A stretch of 39,054 bases of DNA from a virus (lineage: Duplodnaviria > Caudoviricetes), in the IMG/VR virus record IMGVR_UViG_3300021963_000286, positions 1 to 39,054 of that record. One strand, given 5' to 3'. The notes beneath the pieces were generated by a model that saw only the letters and a program-made list of their open reading frames with translations, was not told the origin of the DNA and ran no database searches. This document shows, one piece after another, positions 6,437-14,100 of this stretch. A program made the position numbers and the translations under genes. Numbering within the stretch: position 1 is the first letter of the stretch; each line of letters begins with the position of its first letter.

Positions 6437-8183
6437 CGGTATTGTAACTGGTAAACCCATTTTCTTTGACCACACGCAAGATATTTTCAACACGTCCAGC
6501 CAACTCATCTCTGTGACTGACCAGCCAAATACTCTTGTGGCGTTCCCTGCTCATTTGCTTCAGCAAGGCCAAGCTGTTTTCTACACCTTGTGTATCTAGC
6601 CCTGAGTCAATCATTTCGTCAATGAATAGGACATTGATGGGTTGATACAGGCTTTCAAACACATCTCGGAAGGCCCAACTCATACTTAGTATAAGTCTGT
6701 TGCGTTCACCACGTGACAAGTTATCAAAATCCAACTCGCGGCCCAGTTCTTCAATACTGACAGTGAGATCGTTTTGAAATACCACCGTATGCGGCAAGCC
6801 AATGCGATCCAAGTAGTGTGTGAGCCTAGCATTTAGATAGCTGAGATTCTGTTCAATGATCTTTTTGCGTATAAAGCTGTCTTTGCTGGTCAGCAACTTG
6901 AGCAAGAAGTCTTGATGATCCTGCAAGCGTGTCAGATCGTTCATGGTGTCATACGTGACTTCTTGCAAGGCTTGATTCTGCATGTCCACAATCTGTTCAC
7001 TGTAAGGATCTGTTTCGGCTGATCGTGCGGTCAACTCTTTTCGCAAGGCTTCCAAGCTGTTGCGATGATTAAGGGCATCCTCTAAGGTATCGTAAAATAC
7101 CCTGGGCTGTGCACCAATTTCTCCTAGATCCTCTAGCTCGTTTTCAAGTTCCACGATAGTAACGCCAGCCAAATCAACTTCGACACAGGCTACATCAAGC
7201 TCATTCTGTTTGGTTGCAATAATAGATTCATGCTTGTCATCGTGCAACTCATGCCCACATGCATGACATTTGTGTTCTAGTAAAGCAGCAACTTCTTTTG
7301 CTATTCGATCTGCAGTTTTCTTTTCGCGATCTTGGTCAAGTCGTGCTCGAGTTAACGACTTGTTAATATCAGCACGTTCTTTGACTAGATTGTTGTACTC
7401 TGTGAGAGCCTTGTGAGCAGCTAGTTCTGCTTCGATATCAATGTGTTCAAGGCTGGCAATGGCTGATTCTAACTTGGCAACATCTTCGCTTTGTTTGTTG
7501 CCCCACATGCGTTGTCGCTTGCGTAAGCTTTCGATCTGTTCTTCGATACGTTTGTTAGCCTCTTGTACAGCACGAATACGGAATTCTTCTTGCTGTATGC
7601 TTTCTTTGGTTGCTTTGTTGAGCTCTTTGATCTTGTCAGCACGTTCGCTCAACATGGTAATGCCCAACAACTGCTCAATGATGGTGCGTTGATCGTTGGC
7701 TTTGAGACTCAAAAATGGCTCAGTATAGGTGTTCAAGGCCAGGATGTGTTTGAACATGTCGTGGCTTAGTCCTAGAGTACGCTCAATGGCATCTTGTGTT
7801 TCTCTTGAGTCGCCTTGTGCATCGTCGGCAATTTCTTGCTCACGGTCGTTGACATAGAATCTCAGCACATTAGGCTTACGTCCACGTTCAATGCGATACT
7901 CCTGTCCACCAACTGCAAAATCCAAACTGACCAGCATGTTTTTGCCGTTGGTCTTGTTTACCAGATTGTCTTTGCGTATGTTGCTGAGGGCCGTGCCGTA
8001 AAGTGCATAGCTCAGTGCATTGATGATTGTGGTCTTACCGGTGCCGTTACGACTGCCATCACCGCCTAGGTCCAAGTTTTCACCCAGAACCAATGTTAAG
8101 TCTTGTCGATCAAAATCTACACCTTGTGTGGCATTGCCCACACTCATAAAATTTCTTACTGTAAGATTCTTAATTTGGATCAA
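6420..8183 (-). CDS. gp46: Recombination endonuclease ATPase subunit (T4 gp46 / SbcC / Rad50)
   Basis: Walker A NGTGKT, coiled coils with a CHAC zinc hook, signature LSRGE, Walker B LFIDE and H-loop VSH. The probable start is TTG 8183, with GGAG 7 nt upstream and a TTGA overlap with the previous stop. Confidence 0.93.
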   Translation of the reverse strand: MIQIKNLTVRNFMSVGNATQGVDFDRQDLTLVLGENLDLGGDGSRNGTGKTTIINALSYALYGTALSNIRKDNLVNKTNGKNMLVSLDFAVGGQEYRIERGRKPNVLRFYVNDREQEIADDAQGDSRETQDAIERTLGLSHDMFKHILALNTYTEPFLSLKANDQRTIIEQLLGITMLSERADKIKELNKATKESIQQEEFRIRAVQEANKRIEEQIESLRKRQRMWGNKQSEDVAKLESAIASLEHIDIEAELAAHKALTEYNNLVKERADINKSLTRARLDQDREKKTADRIAKEVAALLEHKCHACGHELHDDKHESIIATKQNELDVACVEVDLAGVTIVELENELEDLGEIGAQPRVFYDTLEDALNHRNSLEALRKELTARSAETDPYSEQIVDMQNQALQEVTYDTMNDLTRLQDHQDFLLKLLTSKDSFIRKKIIEQNLSYLNARLTHYLDRIGLPHTVVFQNDLTVSIEELGRELDFDNLSRGERNRLILSMSWAFRDVFESLYQPINVLFIDEMIDSGLDTQGVENSLALLKQMSRERHKSIWLVSHRDELAGRVENILRVVKENGFTSYNTDVDII

Positions 8184-9007
8184 TGGTTGACTCCGTGTTC
8201 GTTTAACATTATAGCAATTTGTTTTGTATTTGTAAACCACTCGCTGTAGTCGTTGTGTGGCACTTCAAAGTTGTATTCCAACCAAATGTAATAATAAACT
8301 ATCGCCTGTGTCCAAATATCAGTTGTGTGCAACAAGTCTGAATAGTTTTTGTTTTTTATGTCCAGCATGATCTGCCGGGCCGCCTCGATCGGACGGATGT
8401 ATTTTTGATTGCTGATTTTCCAATCATCCCACAGTGTTTTGAAGTCACTGGTGCTGATTCCCAATGATTGCAACTGTTTACAAAAATCGTCGTAACACAG
8501 CAAGTGATCAATTTTTAAATACTTGTATTCAGAATCAATCCGCCAGGCCTGCTTTAACGGATTATCTCTTAAAAATAAAAAATACTTTTCCCTGATTGCC
8601 CAATCGCCGGAGTTGGCCCATTCGGGCCCAACCGAAACTACCTGAGAAATATCCATGCCCATGGCCTTTTCAATCATGGTGTGGGCAACAATAGGCCAGG
8701 TATGGTCACTGTAACAAATCTTTACAATACAGGCAGTTGGAAAATATTTAACAAACAAGGTTGATTCGTCGTTGATTCCATTGTCAATCAGCACTGAGTA
8801 ATTTAGTGTGCTGTCAAAATCAAAACTGTAGTTGTTGGGATTCTTAAAGAATTTTGGTGCCGCCAGTTCCAACTGATGGCTATCGCCACTGTTGCTGAAT
8901 GAATATTGTTGTTTTTTTGGCCTTGCAAAATTTTCTCCGTGCAAGGTCAACACAGCATTGACAAAATGCCCAAACCCGCCACTGGGGTACCAAACGCAAT
9001 AGATCAT
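8180..9007 (-). CDS. Hypothetical protein with N-terminal Gly-rich loop (possibly sulfotransferase/P-loop-like)
   Basis: It begins MIYCVWYPSGGFGHFV (beta strand, Gly loop, helix). It is coupled by 4-nt overlaps to both gp47 and gp46. The function is a guess. Confidence 0.55.
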   Translation of the reverse strand: MIYCVWYPSGGFGHFVNAVLTLHGENFARPKKQQYSFSNSGDSHQLELAAPKFFKNPNNYSFDFDSTLNYSVLIDNGINDESTLFVKYFPTACIVKICYSDHTWPIVAHTMIEKAMGMDISQVVSVGPEWANSGDWAIREKYFLFLRDNPLKQAWRIDSEYKYLKIDHLLCYDDFCKQLQSLGISTSDFKTLWDDWKISNQKYIRPIEAARQIMLDIKNKNYSDLLHTTDIWTQAIVYYYIWLEYNFEVPHNDYSEWFTNTKQIAIMLNEHGVNH

Positions 9008-10020
9008 AGATTCTGATATATTTTTAATAGGAGTTTGGGATCGTAAAACTCACTTTCGATAGCAGTAATCTGATCTGTCACAATCTGATCTACACTTTCA
9101 AACTTGATCTCACCTGGTGCCATGTCAGTGTCTACTGCTGAGTTCTTGTTGGGTATCAAGGCCATTTCTCTTAGATTATAATCGCGCATAAAAGTTTCTT
9201 TGATGAAGTTGGCTTCTTCGTAACTGATCTCAATATCTAGCTGGACTCGTACATGCATACCGGGCATTAATAAATCTTTAGCATTGTCAATTATTTGACT
9301 CAACCCGTACACTCTGTAGCGAGGTTGCGCAGGCCAAGCATGATACTCGGGCTCAGCACCCCAATCCAATATCATCATGCCACGTGCATCATCACCGGCA
9401 TCGGCAAAGTTATGCGGAAAGCAGTTGCCAATGTAGTTGATATTGCGTTTCTGCTGTCGTAAATGAAAGTGCCCGCTAAACACTCGATCAAAGTTGCCAA
9501 AATTATCAACTCGGAGTTCGCCATGGTCGGGCATTTCCACCATGGCATTCATTTTGAAATGTGGCAACTCAAAGTGTCCAAACATGTACTTGGCACTCAA
9601 CTTAGAAATGCGTTTATAATCGTCGCCTACTAACCAAGGAGCAATGATCACATCGCCGGATTGGAACCAGTCATTGCAAATATGCATGTTGGGCAAGTGC
9701 GAAGCCCACTCGACTCCGTGAATGTCGCGTCGATCTCTGTAGTAGAGATCGTGGTTGCCAGGAATAAAGTAAAACTGATCAAATGCAGCTGACAGCTTTT
9801 CTAAAGCACGTAAACTAAACTGAAGTGTTTGTAGATTGATACTGGCACGATGATTGTGCCAGTCACCCAGAAACATTCCAGTTTCGCAGCCGTTTTGTCG
9901 AGCAGTGGCAATGAACCAATCCACAAAAGCTTCGCAGTCGCGATTGTGCACCAGGCTGTTGCTTTTGAGTCCCCAGTGTATGTCGGTACAGACTGCTGCC
10001 TTTTTGAACAAATTACTCAT
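9004..10020 (-). CDS. gp47: Recombination endonuclease nuclease subunit (T4 gp47 / SbcD / Mre11)
   Basis: Metallophosphoesterase motifs DIHWG, GDWH, GNHD, GHFE and SGHFH. Shine-Dalgarno TAAGGA lies upstream. Confidence 0.93.
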   Translation of the reverse strand: MSNLFKKAAVCTDIHWGLKSNSLVHNRDCEAFVDWFIATARQNGCETGMFLGDWHNHRASINLQTLQFSLRALEKLSAAFDQFYFIPGNHDLYYRDRRDIHGVEWASHLPNMHICNDWFQSGDVIIAPWLVGDDYKRISKLSAKYMFGHFELPHFKMNAMVEMPDHGELRVDNFGNFDRVFSGHFHLRQQKRNINYIGNCFPHNFADAGDDARGMMILDWGAEPEYHAWPAQPRYRVYGLSQIIDNAKDLLMPGMHVRVQLDIEISYEEANFIKETFMRDYNLREMALIPNKNSAVDTDMAPGEIKFESVDQIVTDQITAIESEFYDPKLLLKIYQNL

Positions 10021-10047
10021 AGCTTCCTTATTGTTAGATCACAAGAA

Positions 10048-10084
10048 TACTTACAAGTATACAAGACTATTTGAGCAAAGTCAA
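10048..10084 (-). promoter_or_regulatory. Sigma70-type promoter of the gp47 operon, followed by a TAAGTA late-type box
   Basis: TTGACT (10084-10079), 17-nt spacer, TATACT (10061-10056); TAAGTA at 10053-10048. Confidence 0.75.
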
Positions 10085-10085
10085 A

Positions 10086-11033
10086 CTATTCGGCTTCTTC
10101 TGACAAGTTGTATGTGCTGGGATCGATCATGGTGACCTCTCCTGGCCTGTGCGAAGCCTTGTTTGAGTTTTGGCGAGTCCAGCTAGGATTGAGTCCGTTC
10201 ATTTCTAAGATATCATCGCGAATGTTCTGCATCTTTTTCTCAATGTTTAAGATTCGGGTAAAACTGTTGGTAATGGCTGCGGTGTAATAGGCAAATGGGT
10301 TTTGACTTTTGGATTCATCAAACTGTAAACCAATCTGGCTCAGCTGTAGCAGGGCTTGCCCGCGCATTTCTTCGTTGTAAGTGTAGCCACGCCAGTTTGA
10401 GCGGGTAGCGTATCGTTCGCACAGCTTTAAGAACATGCGAGCCAACTCGGGAGTCATTGTTCCGTGTCCGCGAGAATATTCGCCGTTTAACAAATCTCCT
10501 TTCCAGTGACTCTTGCCCACCAGGTACGGGTCTTTGTCTTCGGTTATACGATAGTGATAAAATGGAGGAAAGTTAACTCGAACGTGAGTGGGATCCAGTA
10601 CAATTTCGTCTACTATGTCCGCTAAGGGATCTTCTGTAGGTTCTTCCAGATCCAAAATATCCTGTAGTTTTTTCTTTTTGCCGGTAACCTTGGGCACTTT
10701 TTTAGGTGCAATTGGTATGTGTTCCCAACAAGTAATTCTGAACACTAGATCAGTATTGGGAATTTTCTTTTCGTTATGCACTATTCCGGTCTCTCGTTTG
10801 AGACGATCGGCACGATTGCGTCTAGCTTCAGCAATGGTACGTTGGTTGATCTTGTCAACAGATGACAAAATAATATCATATTGATGATCAGTTTTGGGAT
10901 TCAAGTATGTGCAATATGTGTTTTTACTTAGATGTATTTGTTTTAATAAATCCCTGTTGTTGAGGTAGTTTACTTTTGCTGGTGCTTTAATAGGCACTAC
11001 CTTGGGGGTTGGGGGAGCGGTTGCTGACAACAT
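10086..11033 (-). CDS. gp55: Late-transcription sigma factor (T4 gp55-like) with a large insertion
   Basis: NYLNNRDLL, then LARMFLKLCERYATRSNWRGYTYNEEM and FDESKSQNPFAYYTAAITNSFTRILNIEKK, which align by eye to gp55. It has an AGGAG Shine-Dalgarno and the T4-like 55-47-46 gene order. Confidence 0.88.
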   Translation of the reverse strand: MLSATAPPTPKVVPIKAPAKVNYLNNRDLLKQIHLSKNTYCTYLNPKTDHQYDIILSSVDKINQRTIAEARRNRADRLKRETGIVHNEKKIPNTDLVFRITCWEHIPIAPKKVPKVTGKKKKLQDILDLEEPTEDPLADIVDEIVLDPTHVRVNFPPFYHYRITEDKDPYLVGKSHWKGDLLNGEYSRGHGTMTPELARMFLKLCERYATRSNWRGYTYNEEMRGQALLQLSQIGLQFDESKSQNPFAYYTAAITNSFTRILNIEKKMQNIRDDILEMNGLNPSWTRQNSNKASHRPGEVTMIDPSTYNLSEEAE

Positions 11034-11049
11034 GTATCTCCTAATAGAT

Positions 11050-11126
11050 TACTTATTATAACACAATGTTGCAAAAAAGCAACATTCTTTTTGTATAATG
11101 TTAGCCGTTTTCAATCACGGTAAATA
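11050..11126. promoter_or_regulatory. Divergent promoter region between gp55 and the baseplate operon
   Basis: Minus strand: TTGCTT-16-TATAAT (11082-11055) with an extended TG, and ATAAGTA (11056-11050). Plus strand: TATAAT at 11094-11099 and TAAATA at 11121-11126. A central inverted repeat reads AATGTTGC-A6-GCAACATT (11065-11086). Confidence 0.7.
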
Positions 11127-11143
11127 ACACATAGGATAAAAAA

Positions 11144-14100
11144 ATGGCCGATTTAACTCCAATACCGCAGGATAGTTCAACTGATCCACAAGTGCCCGGC
11201 AACTACCCTGGCACAGTGCAAAATCCCACGCAAGTGCCTGCACCTGTTAGCCCAGCATCTGATCCGGAAGTTCCACCACTGCCTAACGACGTAGATCCCA
11301 ACTTTATTCCTAATCCGGCACCGGTTGACAACACTATCAATCCCGAAGTACCACAGCCTGAAGAAAACTTCGCCATTAAGAAAAAATTTGATGCTGAACC
11401 AGTGGTACCTGTTACAAACCCAGAAGTTCCGCAACCACAAGATTTCGGTTCTGAACCTCCTACTGGATTTCCACCCGCACAGGACTTTGGATCTGACCCA
11501 CAAATAGGTTTACCGCCTGCACAGGACTTTGGCGAAGAAGCCAGAATATCAGATTTTCCACCTGCACAAGACTTTGGAGTTGATCCACAAGTTCCTGCTG
11601 CACAGGACTTTGGTTCTGATCCACGGATAATAGTACCCGATGCACAAGACTTTGGTGTTGATCCACAAGTGCCAGCAACACCTATTGTACAAAACTACTT
11701 TACTGATGCAAACCCGGTTGTTCCTGCCAGCGACACCGGGTTTGACGATTTTTATGGCGAACAAACCTATACAGTTAATTACACAGGAACTGCTGACGTT
11801 AGACCTGTTTTCCCCGCAGCTAATCCACAGGTACCTAATATATTTTCAAGTATATCTGCACTGTTGTCTAACCTGTTTGGCATTACACCAACACCTGTGG
11901 CACCTGCTGCAAATCCGCAGGTTGCTCAGGCTTTTCCTGTGCCGGCCCCGACTGTGTTTAAACCAACACCTATACCGCCTGCGGCAAATCCACAAGTGGT
12001 ACAACAACCGACTATAGTGCAAAACTACTTTACTGATAGAACTCCTGCAGTAGTAGTACCAGCAGCAAATCCACAAGTTCCACTGGCACAAGATTTTGGC
12101 TCTGAACCACCCATAGTGGTCCCAACAGCGCAGGATTATGGATCTGATCCACAGATAGGAGTACCTCCTGCACAAGACTTTGGTTCTGAACCTCCCACGG
12201 TAATTCCTCCTGCACAAGATTATGGTTCTGATCCACAGATAGGAGTACCTCCGCCACAAGACTTTGGTTCTGAACCTCCCACGGTAATTCCTCCTGCACA
12301 AGATTATGGTTCTGATCCACAGATAGGTTTACCTCCGCCACAAGACTTTGGTGGAAGAAAAAAAGCTGATCCGGATATCGTTGATTCGCCGTCAGAACCA
12401 GCTGTACAATCACAGGCTCAAACTCGTATTGAAGGACCAGTCAATCAGGTAGTATTACAACAGTCAAATCCTGCTGCGGCTGCCAATTATAATAAAGATT
12501 TTTTAGATGCAAAAAATGAGATTGTAACATCTCAAATCAGAGAACTTGAAGCAACCCAAGGTTCTCCTGCAACCGAAAGACAAATTGCTGGCATTGATGC
12601 GTATGCAGATGCACCAGCACGATTCATTGTAAACAACAAATATAAAGATCAAATTGAAGCAGCTGATGCAGCACAGTCAGTACCAGCCAACACTCCACCG
12701 CCGACTATTGTGCCAGCTGATGTAAATGTTCCAGCTCTGCCCAATGATGCGGATCCAAACTTTATTTCAAATCCAGGTCCGGTTGACAATACCATTGATC
12801 CTGAGGTTCCTAGTTCGGCCAATGTCAGAGTAGAAAATGTCAATCAATCTGCGCTGGCACAAAAAGATCCTGCGCTGTACCAACAGTGGCAAGAGACTTT
12901 TACTGCTCGAGCAGAAAGAGACGCAGCCAACGAAATCAAAGTGGTAGAAGCAGAACTTGGCCGACCTGTTAGTGCAGAGGAAAGAGCAACAATTGAGTCT
13001 GTCGCAGCTTTCCGAGCAAGAAGCGACACCAATGCCATATACAAGGACGAACTGCAGGCAGCAAATGTTGCCACTGTAGTACCTGCTGATACTCCGCCGC
13101 CAACAACCAATCCTGCTACCGTCACAAACAATCCTCAAGTGGTTGTACCCCAAACTAAAATTGTGGCAGTGTCAACTGAAACATTATTACAAAACGATCC
13201 AGAAACAGCACAAGAATACACTGCCTTCAAGGCTGAAACTGCTGCACAGCTTACTGAACAACGCATAGCCGAAAGAGAAGCTGTAGAAGGCGGTCCAATA
13301 TCAGTCAGTGAGCAAGTGCAAATTGCTGCTCGATCTGAAATAGATGCCACAGCCGATGCCAATTTTAGATACCAAGATCAAATTCAAGCAGCAGGAGCTG
13401 GCACCACAGTACCGGCTGATACACCACCTCCGGCACCAGCACCAGTTGCTGTCACAAACAACCCGCAAGTGGTTGTTCCTCCAACTAGAGTTGTGGCAGT
13501 GTCCACTGAAACCCTGTTGCAAAATGATCCAGTTACTGCGCAAGAATATACTGCTTTCAAGACAGAGACAGCACAAGAGCTTACCGCACAACGCATTGCC
13601 GAACGTGAAGCAGTAGAAGGCGGCCCAATATCGGTCAGTGAACAAGTGCAAATTGCTGCCAGGGCCGAAATAGATGCCACAGCCGATGCTAACTTTAGAT
13701 ATCAAGATCAAATTCAAGCAGCAGATGCAGGTACTACTGTACCAGCTGACACACCACCGCCTACTGTTACAGCACCGCCGGTTGATTCTGCCACTAACCA
13801 ACAGGTACCAGCTGCTACTGGTAAAATTGAAAATTTCAGTTTCAGTACATTGGCAATTGAAGACCCAGAAACTGCAAAAGCCTTGATCACTGATCAACGA
13901 GCAATACAGCAAGACTTGGCCAATCAACAGGTGGCTGAATATCGTGCAGTTACAGGTACAGCGCCTGGCACACCAATCCCGGACGAAGAACTTGCTCGAA
14001 TAACAACGGAATCTGACTTAGCGGCCAAAGCACAAGTACAAACACAATATCAAGATCAAATTGTAGCAGCTGGCGCTGGTACACTAATTCCAACTGATAC

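Noticed and set aside
6437-6508. Track start of the SPASM radical SAM ORF (and 8184-8240 for gp46)
   Set aside because: These extensions overlap neighbouring genes extensively. Downstream starts at 6436 (ATG) and 8183 (TTG with GGAG) fit the domain boundaries.
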